NCBI GenBank assembly: GCA_963729605.1
Contig: CAVSNY010000007.1
Location: 1,056,001 to 1,120,000 of the forward strand
DNA: 64,000 nucleotides
Reading direction: 5' to 3'
Origin: an uncultured Gammaproteobacteria bacterium
GTDB taxonomy: Bacteria > Pseudomonadota > Gammaproteobacteria > DRLM01
The position numbers were made by a program, and so were the translations under genes. Below are positions 32,916-42,352 of this stretch, one piece after another; position 1 is the first letter of the stretch, and every line of letters starts with the position of its first letter. The notes beneath the pieces are model-generated. The model searched no databases. It had not been told where the DNA came from and worked only from the letters and a program-made list of their open reading frames with translations.

Positions 32916-33469
32916 ATTACCGAATTTTACAGCCGCAACTTCATCGGCAGCGGGGAGCCTCGCTGATCATTGGTTTATTGTTTCTCATCGTACTGACCCT
33001 GCTTGGAGTGACGTCCATGAGCAAGGCGGTGATGGAGGAAAAGGTCGCGCATAACCAGCGCGATACCGCCGTCGCGATGGAATCCGCCGAAAGTGGCTTG
33101 AAAGATATCGAGACTTGGCTGGATAGCCAACCGGTCAGGCCGCTCACCGTGAGCCTGGGTGGTACTTATGTGAGAGATAACGGTGCGTATAACGGACAAA
33201 CGGTCAATACCCAGAGTACGACGTGGTGGCAGAACAACGGAGTGCCGTATGGCACGCTGACTACCAACATGACTCCGTTGCCCAATGTGGCCAGTCAGCC
33301 GCTGATAGTTACCCAGCAAGTGGCTTGGTCGCCCGATACGCTGACCATGGCCACCAATTATGCGGAACAGGCCGGTGTTGCCTATTACGAGGTCAGCGCC
33401 CAGGGCGCGGGTCAAAACGCGGCGACCCGCGTCATTCTGCAAAGTGTTTACGCGAAGCGATTTAACTGA
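32912..33469 (+). CDS. pilX: Type IV minor pilin PilX
   Basis: QRG|ASLIIGL (no E5), AESGL, VILQSVY. Confidence 0.88.
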   Translation: MNYRILQPQLHRQRGASLIIGLLFLIVLTLLGVTSMSKAVMEEKVAHNQRDTAVAMESAESGLKDIETWLDSQPVRPLTVSLGGTYVRDNGAYNGQTVNTQSTTWWQNNGVPYGTLTTNMTPLPNVASQPLIVTQQVAWSPDTLTMATNYAEQAGVAYYEVSAQGAGQNAATRVILQSVYAKRFN

Positions 33470-33480
33470 AGAGGTGTGAC

Positions 33481-36400
33481 ATGGCCATCCGATTCATCCC
33501 CACCTGGCTGACACCGGCCAGCTTCATAGCGGCGAGCGCGATCGTTATCGCCGGATGGTCATTGACCGGGCAGGCCGCCTTGCTCAATCTCGCCACCGCG
33601 CCGCTGTACATGGGCACCAACGCCCAGCCCAATATCGTCTTGATCATCGATGATTCCGGAAGCATGGATTGGGAAGTGATCACGCAAGACGCCAACAACG
33701 ATGGCCGTTTCACCGGTACTCAACCCGACGGCACCAGTCCGTCGGGCAGCGGCAGCGTCAAACATCGCGACGATGATAATAATGGTACGGCGGATTGCAA
33801 TTTCTCCAGTGGGACGTTTTATGGATATATCTACGGTGTGGATTCGCCTTATAACACTTACTCCAACAGCAGCAGTCATTGCAATACGGCGGATGACCAA
33901 GAGTGGCGGTTCCGCAACTCCCAGTTCAATACCCTTTACTTCGATCCCAACCGCACTTACACGCCCTGGGCCGGCGTCGACAGCAGCGGCACTCCCTTCG
34001 GCAACATGCCTATCACCGCGGCCCGCTTGAATCCCTATAACGCCTCGTCGGTAACCATCGATCTCACTACCCGCAGCTCTCGCCGCGGAACTTCCAGTTA
34101 TGGCACCGCCGACCGCGACAACGACGGTCAGCCGGACGGATTCCGTTATTACACCTGGACCGATACCAACGGCAACGGCCGTTTCGATAACGGCGAAGAG
34201 ACGCAGTTCTTGATCAAAAACGCCAGTGCCGCCGTCAAACAGAATTTCGCCAACTGGTTCAGTTATTATCGCAGCCGCGAATTGGTGGCCAAGGCGGCCT
34301 ACGGCCGGGTCATCGCCGAAATCAAAAACGTGCGGATGGGTCTGGTGACCATCAATAATAACAACAGCGTCAACCGTGCGATCGCGGTAATGAACGATGA
34401 TCCCGCCACCGGTAATAAGCGTCTGTTGATGAACGCCTTGTACAGCATCGGCTCCGAAGGCGGCACGCCGTTGCAAACCGCGCTTAACGAGTGTGGAAAA
34501 TATCTCAGTTGCTTGTCCAACTCGCTGTTTTCCGTTTCCGGTTCCGGTTGTCCCGCGCTGTCCAGCGCGCTGGGCGGCAACTGCCAGCAGAATTACTCGA
34601 TCATGATGACCGACGGTTTCTACACCGGCACCGCGCCTTCGGTGGGCAATACCGACGGCGATAACAATACCGCCTTTGACGGCGGCGCCTTCGCCGACAG
34701 CTATAGCAATACCCTGGCCGACATCGCCATGAAATATTATGAGACCGATATTCAACCCGGACTCGCCAATAACGTGGCGATCGTGCCGGGCTTCGATGAA
34801 GCGAGACATCAACACATGGCGACGTATACGGTGAGCTTCGGTCAGCGCGGCACCTTGACCAGCGATCCTCCGGATTATACTTCGCCGTTTGCCTGGCCCA
34901 ATCCCAGCTTGGGGAATGCGCAGAAGATCGATGATTTGCGCCATGCCGCCTTCAACGGCCGGGGCCTGTATCTCTCGGCCAATGACCCGGATGCGCTGGT
35001 AAACGCGCTGCAAGAAGCGGTCGCCGACATCATGGCCCATACCAGCGCGGCGTCGGCCCTGGCCTTCAACACCACCAACCTCACCGCGGGCGCCACCGTT
35101 TATCAAGCGCGCTTCGAGAGTTTGTCGTGGACCGGCCAATTGCGTTATCTGCCGGTTTCCTCCACCGGCGTGATCGGCAATCAAACGGTGGATGCGGCGG
35201 ATTTGCTGCGCACCGCGGTGCCGGGTAACCGGGTCATTATTACCCGCAAGTCCGATACCGGTGCCGGTGTGCCGTTCCGCTGGGCATCGCTGGCCACGGC
35301 CCAACAGACTTTGCTCAACGCCAATAGCAGCGGCACCAATGACAGCAAGGGCTCACAACGTCTGGATTATCTGCGCGGGGTGCGTACCGGCGAGGCGAGC
35401 AACGGCGGCACTTTCCGTGATCGCACGGGCGTGCTGGGCGATATCATCAATTCCGGCCCTGTTTATGTCGGGATACCTGCCTTCTCTTACTCCTTCAACA
35501 ACTATGCAAGTTTCCGTACCGCGAATCTCAATCGCACCCCTATGGTTTACGTGGGCGCCAACGATGGCATGTTGCACGGCTTCGACGCCGTCACCGGCGT
35601 GGAGCGTATGGCCTATGTGCCCGGCGCGATTTACAACCGTCTGGGCCGTCTGACCGACACCAATTACAGCCACCGCTATTATGTGGACGGCACACCGACC
35701 GTGGGCGATGTGTATGTGAACGGGGCCTGGCGCACCATGCTGGTCGGCAGTCTGAACGGCGGCGGCCAGGGCATCTTCGCCCTGGATGTTACCAACCCGG
35801 CGGCATTCAGCGAAGCCAATGCCGCGCAAATCGTGAAATGGGAATACAGCGACACCCATGACGTCGACATGGGTTACAGCTATAGTCAGCCGGTGATCGT
35901 GCGGCTGGCCGATGGCCGCTGGGCCGCGGTATTCGGCAACGGTTACAACAACACCGAATCCGACGGCCGGGTGAGTACCACCGGCGCGGCGGTGCTGTAC
36001 GTGGTCGATATGGCCGACGGCAGCTTGATCCGCAAAATCAGCACCGGCGTCGGTACCGCGCAAGACCCCACCGCCACCAGCCGTCCCAATGGACTGGCGA
36101 CCACCGCGCCGGTCGATGTGAACGGCGACGCCATAGTGGACTATGTCTACGCGGGCGATTTGTTCGGCAATCTCTGGCGCTTCGATTTGAGCAGCGCCAA
36201 TTCCGCTTCGTGGGCGGTAAGCAACGGTGGTCAGGCGCTGTTCGTCGCGCGTTCCAGCGGCGGCTCGCCGCAGCCTCAGCCGATTACCGTGCGGCCGGTG
36301 GTTTCACGGCATCCGACGGATGCCAACAGCTACCTGGTGTATTTCGGTACCGGTAAATATATTGAACAAGGCGATAACGCCACGACCGGCCAGGTAACCC

Positions 36401-37359
36401 AGTCCTTTTACGCCATTTGGGATCGCAATCTCAGCGGCGCCGGCGCCAGCACCGTGCTGCGCAGCACCTTGCTCCAGCAGCAGATCAGCGGCCAAAGTCC
36501 CACCGCCAGCGGCGGCCAGGCGCGAATTACCACGAACAATACCATCGATTGGACTACCCATCGCGGCTGGTATATCGACTTGGTCAACCAAGCGAGCGGC
36601 GTCAACGGCGGTGAGCGGCAAGTCACCGAGGCGATATTGCGCGACGGCACGGTGATTTTCAGCACCTTGCTTCCCAATCCCGAAGTCTGCGGCGTGGGCG
36701 GCGGCAGTTGGCTGATGATACTCAAGGCCGCCGACGGCGCCCGACTGGATAGCTCGGTGTTGGATTTCAATGGCGACGGGGTGATTGACGATAACGATAA
36801 AGTGATGCCGACTTCCAGTGGTTCCGGCAGCACGGCCACCACCACGTCGTGTACCACCAGCACCACCACCAGCAGTACTACCAGCGGCGGGGGGTCCAGC
36901 GGAGGATCATCCAGCCGAGGTGGCCGCCGTGGTGGCGGTGGCGGAGGTTGGGGAGGCGGTGATGACACCACCACCACCACGGTCACCACCACTGTTACCC
37001 AGTGCACGATCAAAAACACCAGTACGGGCACTACGGTCGGCACCAGTACCAGCACCAATACTTGCACAAGGGTCACGACCAACGGTACGACATCGGCCCC
37101 GTCGTGCACGACGACGACCACCACCACGGGCAGCACCGGCGGCGGGGGTGACGGTGGCGGCGGTGGCGTACCGACGGGTAACGCGGTGGTAGGCAGCGGT
37201 AGTTATCAAAACAGTCAGGTGTCGGCGGGCCAGATGCTTAATAACTGTAACGGGCAAACCTGTATCGCCAACAACCACACGAGCGGCGAACCCGAGACTA
37301 ATTCGTTGAATCTGCCCGAGGTGCCGCAAGGCCGGGTTACGTGGCAAAAACTGCAATAG
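33481..37359 (+). CDS. pilY1: Type IV pilus adhesin PilY1
   Basis: vWA MIDAS DDSGS, GGTPL, MTDG, VGANDGMLHGF, DVNGDAIVDYVYAGDLFGNLWRFD, C-terminal GRVTW. Confidence 0.93.
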   Translation: MAIRFIPTWLTPASFIAASAIVIAGWSLTGQAALLNLATAPLYMGTNAQPNIVLIIDDSGSMDWEVITQDANNDGRFTGTQPDGTSPSGSGSVKHRDDDNNGTADCNFSSGTFYGYIYGVDSPYNTYSNSSSHCNTADDQEWRFRNSQFNTLYFDPNRTYTPWAGVDSSGTPFGNMPITAARLNPYNASSVTIDLTTRSSRRGTSSYGTADRDNDGQPDGFRYYTWTDTNGNGRFDNGEETQFLIKNASAAVKQNFANWFSYYRSRELVAKAAYGRVIAEIKNVRMGLVTINNNNSVNRAIAVMNDDPATGNKRLLMNALYSIGSEGGTPLQTALNECGKYLSCLSNSLFSVSGSGCPALSSALGGNCQQNYSIMMTDGFYTGTAPSVGNTDGDNNTAFDGGAFADSYSNTLADIAMKYYETDIQPGLANNVAIVPGFDEARHQHMATYTVSFGQRGTLTSDPPDYTSPFAWPNPSLGNAQKIDDLRHAAFNGRGLYLSANDPDALVNALQEAVADIMAHTSAASALAFNTTNLTAGATVYQARFESLSWTGQLRYLPVSSTGVIGNQTVDAADLLRTAVPGNRVIITRKSDTGAGVPFRWASLATAQQTLLNANSSGTNDSKGSQRLDYLRGVRTGEASNGGTFRDRTGVLGDIINSGPVYVGIPAFSYSFNNYASFRTANLNRTPMVYVGANDGMLHGFDAVTGVERMAYVPGAIYNRLGRLTDTNYSHRYYVDGTPTVGDVYVNGAWRTMLVGSLNGGGQGIFALDVTNPAAFSEANAAQIVKWEYSDTHDVDMGYSYSQPVIVRLADGRWAAVFGNGYNNTESDGRVSTTGAAVLYVVDMADGSLIRKISTGVGTAQDPTATSRPNGLATTAPVDVNGDAIVDYVYAGDLFGNLWRFDLSSANSASWAVSNGGQALFVARSSGGSPQPQPITVRPVVSRHPTDANSYLVYFGTGKYIEQGDNATTGQVTQSFYAIWDRNLSGAGASTVLRSTLLQQQISGQSPTASGGQARITTNNTIDWTTHRGWYIDLVNQASGVNGGERQVTEAILRDGTVIFSTLLPNPEVCGVGGGSWLMILKAADGARLDSSVLDFNGDGVIDDNDKVMPTSSGSGSTATTTSCTTSTTTSSTTSGGGSSGGSSSRGGRRGGGGGGWGGGDDTTTTTVTTTVTQCTIKNTSTGTTVGTSTSTNTCTRVTTNGTTSAPSCTTTTTTTGSTGGGGDGGGGGVPTGNAVVGSGSYQNSQVSAGQMLNNCNGQTCIANNHTSGEPETNSLNLPEVPQGRVTWQKLQ

Positions 37360-37380
37360 GGAAGCAACAGGAGTCGAGAT

Positions 37381-37707
37381 ATGGTGCGTTCATTGGCAGG
37401 TTTTCTTTTAGCGGTGATGATGTCAGTCGGCGCGGCGCCGGCTTGGACCGCTCCCCCGGCCTACCCCGAGGAGTTCACCCGTACCGGGACCATGGATGAC
37501 AAGGGCCAGGACTATGTGGTCATCAATGACCAGCGTTACCTGCTCTCCAAAAACTTGCGGGTGCATACTCCGCAACGTTCCTTTTCGGTCTTGGCCGATG
37601 TAAAAGTGGGCGACTTCGTGGGCGCCAATGTCACCGGCGAGGGCGGCGGCAAGCTGGGCGTGGTGGAGGAATTGTGGGTACTCCCCAATCTCCGGCCGGT
37701 GCGCTGA
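37381..37707 (+). CDS. PilY2-like secreted protein
   Basis: Signal peptide, VVINDQRY; sits between pilY1 and pilE. Confidence 0.6.
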   Translation: MVRSLAGFLLAVMMSVGAAPAWTAPPAYPEEFTRTGTMDDKGQDYVVINDQRYLLSKNLRVHTPQRSFSVLADVKVGDFVGANVTGEGGGKLGVVEELWVLPNLRPVR

Positions 37708-37712
37708 CGGCC

Positions 37713-38126
37713 ATGCGCGGCGAGACGGCGGGATTTAGTTTGATAGAGTTGATGATCGTGGTGGTGATCGCCGCAATCCTGGCCATGATCGCCTATCCGA
37801 GTTATCAAAATAAGGTGTATCAAAGCCGCCGCGCCGATGCCCATGCCATGTTGCTGGACGCGGCCATGCGTCAAGAACGTTTCAATAGCGACAATAATAC
37901 CTATACCACCAATTTGACATTGTTGGGTTATGCCTCGAATCCGGCGATATCCCCCGATGGTTTTTATAGTGTCGCCGTCGCGGCCGCCGCCGGCGGTATC
38001 GCCAATGGCTTTACCTTGACCGCCACCGCGCTGGCGCCGCAGACCGGCGATACCCAGTGCGCCACTATCACCCTCACTTCAACCGGCGTGAAATCTTCCA
38101 GTGCCGGGGTGGGCCGATGCTGGTAA
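37713..38126 (+). CDS. pilE: Type IV minor pilin PilE
   Basis: AG|FSLIELMIVVVIAAILAMIAYPSY..RRADA..C-terminal CW. Confidence 0.9.
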   Translation: MRGETAGFSLIELMIVVVIAAILAMIAYPSYQNKVYQSRRADAHAMLLDAAMRQERFNSDNNTYTTNLTLLGYASNPAISPDGFYSVAVAAAAGGIANGFTLTATALAPQTGDTQCATITLTSTGVKSSSAGVGRCW

Positions 38127-38432
38127 ATCCGTTTCGGCACTGATGCGGCATACGGCTGTTCGCGGCCGCACTCCTCCTTTTGCCTCCTCATGAAATCACC
38201 GCCTCGATGCCGGGATCATTCTTATCTTTTGAAGAGGGAAGCGAGGCAACGGTTTCCCCTTTTCACGCGGAGCCCATATTCCATCAATGACGAAGCGCCA
38301 TCCTAGTCGCATGCCGTGTCGCGTCCGCCGACGCGGCGGGGTGATATCCGCCGGCTAGCCTTCCTTGCGCCCCCCGACGTTCACGCGTTGGAAACGGGTA
38401 TCATGTCCGCTGTCCATGTGATGGAGCGTTTT

Positions 38433-38873
38433 ATGTCCCGGCCGGTCACCCCTTTGCTCGCCGCCGATGTGATCATCGAACTCACCGATCGCCCCGGGCG
38501 GCCCCTCGTGCTCATCGAACGCAAATACCCGCCCCACGGTTGGGCGATCCCCGGCGGCTTCGTGGAGGTGGGCGAGCGTCTCGAACAGGCGGCGCTGCGC
38601 GAGGCCGAGGAGGAGACCAGTCTGCGCGTCACCCTCAAGGTTTTGCTCGGCTGTTATTCGGCGCCGGACCGCGATCCGCGCGGCCACACCGTGACCGCGG
38701 TCTACGTCGGCGAGGCGCGCGGTGAACCGCTGGCCCGCGACGACGCCCGGCACCTCGCTTTATTCGCCCTCGATGGTTTGCCCGCGCAACTGGCCTTCGA
38801 TCATGACCAAGTCCTGCGAGACTACCGGCGTTACCGCGAGAGCGGGGCGGTGGCGCCGCTGCGTCTCGCGTGA
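38433..38873 (+). CDS. NUDIX hydrolase
   Basis: Nudix box GGFVEVGERLEQAALREAEEETS; RDPRGH; LAFDH. Confidence 0.92.
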   Translation: MSRPVTPLLAADVIIELTDRPGRPLVLIERKYPPHGWAIPGGFVEVGERLEQAALREAEEETSLRVTLKVLLGCYSAPDRDPRGHTVTAVYVGEARGEPLARDDARHLALFALDGLPAQLAFDHDQVLRDYRRYRESGAVAPLRLA

Positions 38874-38886
38874 GCGCCGCGGCGGG

Positions 38887-39195
38887 ATGGCCAAACCGCC
38901 GCGCGATGATTCCTTCCCCCGTTTCGTGCTGGAACGGCTCGACGCGCTGCCCGCGCTCCATGCGCGCGCCATGTTCGGCGGCCATGGCCTGTCTGTGGAC
39001 GGGCGTTTCTTCGATCTCGTTCGCGCCGCCCTCCTCGTTGGAAAAGGGACGTCATGGCGGCGTGAGCTTTCATCGCAGAGTCATGCTCCAGCCATTGCGA
39101 AGCACGACACATCGGCGCTACCCGCGCCTCACGCGCACCGCCGTCTTTGGGTATACTGCTGCGCCATGAACATGGGTCGCGCCGCCGCGCGCTGA
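38887..39195 (+). pseudogene. Truncated TfoX/Sxy N-terminal domain protein
   Basis: FVLERLDAL..ARAMFGGHGLSVDGRFF matches the TfoX_N start; similarity is lost after ~39030. Confidence 0.6.
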
Positions 39196-39211
39196 AATCG
39201 AGGATCAATTG

Positions 39212-40324
39212 ATGAGCCGGTTCGAGGGAGAAGGCGACTATCGCCACGGATCGCCGGAATGCCTGGGCGTATTGCTGACCAATCTGGGTTCCCCCGAGGC
39301 GCCCACCGCGGAGGCGGTGCGCCGTTATCTGGCGGAATTTCTGTGGGACCCGCGGGTGGTGGAGATTCCCCGCCCGCTGTGGTGGCTGATCCTGCACGGG
39401 GTGGTGTTGCGCACGCGGCCTCAACGCTCGGCCCACGCCTATCAGCGGGTATGGACCGATGAGGGTTCGCCCCTGCTGGTGATCTCGCGCCGCCAGGCGG
39501 CGGCTTTACAACCGGTGTTGCAGCAACGCTGCGGCGGTCCGGTGCGGGTGGCGCTGGCCATGCGTTACGGCCAGCCGTCCATCGCCGCCGGTTTGCGGGA
39601 GCTGCGCGCCGCCGGCGCGCGCCGCATCATCGTGCTGCCGCTTTATCCGCAATATTCCGGCGCCACCACCGCCTCCACCTTCGATGCGGTGGCCGCGGTG
39701 CTGAAGACCTGGCGCTGGGTGCCGGCCCTGCGCTTCGTCAATCATTATCACGACGATCCCGCTTACATCGCCGCCTTGGCGCGCAGCATTCAAGATCACT
39801 GGCAGCAACAGGGCCGCGGCGAGCGTTTGTTGTTTTCGTTTCACGGCATGCCCAAACGCACCTTGCTGTTGGGCGATCCCTATCACTGCCAATGCCTCAA
39901 GACCGCCCGCCTGGTCGCCGAACGTTTGCAACTGGTACAGGGCGAGTGGCAAGTCACCTTCCAGTCGCGTTTCGGGCGGGCCGAGTGGTTGCAGCCTTAC
40001 ACCGATAAAACCCTGCAAGCCTGGGCCAAGGCCGGCCTGAAACGAGTGGACGTGGTCTGCCCGGGTTTCGCCGCGGACTGTCTCGAGACCTTGGAAGAGA
40101 TCGCCATGCTGAATAAAGAGGCCTTTTTGGCGGCGGGCGGCGAAAGTTTGCACTATATCCCGGCCCTCAACGATCGCGCCGACCATATGGCGTTTTTGGG
40201 AGACCTGGTGCTGCGCAACGCCCAGGGCTGGCCCGAGGCCGATGCGTGGTGGAATGCCGCGCGGCAGGCCGACGAGGCCGAGTCCTGCCGGCGGCGAGCC
40301 TTGGCCCTGGGCGCGGAACGCTAG
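39212..40324 (+). CDS. hemH: Ferrochelatase
   Basis: NLGSP, LPLYPQYS, FSFHG, FQSRFG, DCLETLEEI. Confidence 0.97.
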   Translation: MSRFEGEGDYRHGSPECLGVLLTNLGSPEAPTAEAVRRYLAEFLWDPRVVEIPRPLWWLILHGVVLRTRPQRSAHAYQRVWTDEGSPLLVISRRQAAALQPVLQQRCGGPVRVALAMRYGQPSIAAGLRELRAAGARRIIVLPLYPQYSGATTASTFDAVAAVLKTWRWVPALRFVNHYHDDPAYIAALARSIQDHWQQQGRGERLLFSFHGMPKRTLLLGDPYHCQCLKTARLVAERLQLVQGEWQVTFQSRFGRAEWLQPYTDKTLQAWAKAGLKRVDVVCPGFAADCLETLEEIAMLNKEAFLAAGGESLHYIPALNDRADHMAFLGDLVLRNAQGWPEADAWWNAARQADEAESCRRRALALGAER

Positions 40325-40677
40325 GTGCAAGCGACGAATTTTCACCCGTCTTTCTTATGTTTCATTTGGAAAATGACGATACCTTGTGTGTCATCATCGG
40401 CTGTGCTCTGATGTGACGGACAGCCGTCGTCGCCGGCGGAGATTCGGCATTGGACGCGGCGGTTTACCGCCACCCGCAGGCCGGCGCGCCATGCCGCGGC
40501 GCGGCCGGACCCGCCGGCAAGCCCGGTTTGACGGTGCTCTAAACCAGGGGGTCGTACTTTAGGCCGGGTGAAAGAGAAAATGGCAGGGACATTGCTTTTG
40601 TCATGGGGCCGGATGGCCGTTCAAGGAGGATGAAGGTGTCGGGAAGGATGAAAAGGCGGATCGAGAGAAGGGGAGTT

Positions 40678-42267
40678 ATGAACAATCGTAGTTTTCACCT
40701 GTTGTCCGCCGGTTTGATCGTGGTCCTGGGCGGTGTAGTGAGTCCGCTTCTGCAGGCCTCGGTCGATCCTACCCCGGTCCATTCCACCGAAGCCGATGTC
40801 CGGCAATCCGAGACTTTTCCTTTTCCCGAGGCCTTGCGCGACCACGTGGCGTTTTGGCGCAGCGTGTTTTCCGAGTGGCGGCAAAGCCAGGTGGCCCTGC
40901 ACGACATGAACTACCCCGGCATCGTCTATGAAGTCGTCGAGCTGGACGGCAAGGTGGGCGACTCGCTCACCGAGACCCAGCGCGAGCAGATCAAACAACA
41001 TCGCGAGCGTTGGGAGTCGCGCCTGCAAGGGATCGCCGCCGCCGAGCGGGACGGCACCGAACTCTCCGACCAGGACCGCGATCTGCGCCAGCGCCTGCTC
41101 AACGCCGGCGGCGCCACCGCGGTGGCCGAGGCCTATTTGCGGGTACGGAGCCAGCGCGGCGTGCGCGAGCGTTTCCGCCGCGGTTTGGAAATCAGCGGCC
41201 GTTACGACGCCGTGTTTCGGCGCGCCTTTCAAGAGGCCGGTTTGCCGGAAGACCTGGCCTATCTGCCCCACGTCGAATCGTCGTTTCAATACCACGCCCG
41301 ATCCTCGGCGGGCGCGGTGGGCATGTGGCAATTCACCCGCGCGGCCGGCCAGACCTTCATGACAGTGGATAAGGCCGTGGATGAGCGGCTCGATCCGGTG
41401 GCGTCGGCGCGCGGCGCGGCGCGTTATCTGAAACACGCCTATCAGCAATTGGGCGACTGGAGTCTGGCGGTCACGTCTTACAATCACGGCATTCAAGGCA
41501 TGGTGCGGGCCAAGGCCGAGTTCGGCACCGACTTCGGCCGCATCGTCAACGAATACAAGGGTAAAGCCTTCGGCTTCGCCTCGCGGAATTTTTACGCCGA
41601 GTTTCTCGCGGTGCGGGAAATCGCCAGCCAGCCGGAGCGTTTCTTCCCCGAGGGCGTGGCCTTCGAAGCGCCCTTGCGCGTCGATCACGTCGTGCTGGAC
41701 AAGCCGGTGCGCTCCCGCGCGCTTGCCAGCCGTTACGGTGTGGCGCATAGCGAATTGGTGAAGATGAACCCGGCCTGGAACGCGCGCGCCAGACGCGGCG
41801 ACATGGCGATTCCCGCCGGGGTGATGGTGACTCTGCCGTCCGGCACCTTGCTGGCCGCGGCGGAGCAGAATACCGCCTTATTGGCCGCCGCCACCCGTAA
41901 AAATGACGACGCCGCGCCGCGCGAGGCCGCGAGCCGGCAGACCAAACTGCACGTGGTGAAGGCCAACGAAACCTTGTCGGGTATCGCCAAGCGCTACAAG
42001 ATCGAGGTGGCGGCCTTGCGCGCCTTGAATGAACTGCCGCCCGATCGGGATATGTTGCGGATCGGCCAGAAATTGAAGGTGCATGAAGAAGGGCAAGTCG
42101 CCGCGGGAGACGACCCGGTCGTGCATGTGGTGCGCAAGGGGGATACGCCCTGGCTGATCGCGAGCAACTACGGCGTGACCGTGGCGGAGCTGCTGGCCAG
42201 CAATCAATTGACCAAACGTTCGGTCATCCGTCCCGGCCAGCGTTTAGGGATACCGGCCAACCGGTGA
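40678..42267 (+). CDS. Lytic murein transglycosylase with LysM domains (MltD-like)
   Basis: PHVESSF, AVGMWQF, SYNHG, C-terminal LysM repeats (HVVKANETLSGIA, HVVRKGDTPWLIA). Confidence 0.9.
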   Translation: MNNRSFHLLSAGLIVVLGGVVSPLLQASVDPTPVHSTEADVRQSETFPFPEALRDHVAFWRSVFSEWRQSQVALHDMNYPGIVYEVVELDGKVGDSLTETQREQIKQHRERWESRLQGIAAAERDGTELSDQDRDLRQRLLNAGGATAVAEAYLRVRSQRGVRERFRRGLEISGRYDAVFRRAFQEAGLPEDLAYLPHVESSFQYHARSSAGAVGMWQFTRAAGQTFMTVDKAVDERLDPVASARGAARYLKHAYQQLGDWSLAVTSYNHGIQGMVRAKAEFGTDFGRIVNEYKGKAFGFASRNFYAEFLAVREIASQPERFFPEGVAFEAPLRVDHVVLDKPVRSRALASRYGVAHSELVKMNPAWNARARRGDMAIPAGVMVTLPSGTLLAAAEQNTALLAAATRKNDDAAPREAASRQTKLHVVKANETLSGIAKRYKIEVAALRALNELPPDRDMLRIGQKLKVHEEGQVAAGDDPVVHVVRKGDTPWLIASNYGVTVAELLASNQLTKRSVIRPGQRLGIPANR

Positions 42268-42352
42268 TCGTTTAATCGACAGCTGTCCAAACGTGATGAT
42301 TTGGCGATGCCGGCGGTGGTTTTGCCGGCACAATGAGATGTGTCTGTAAGGT

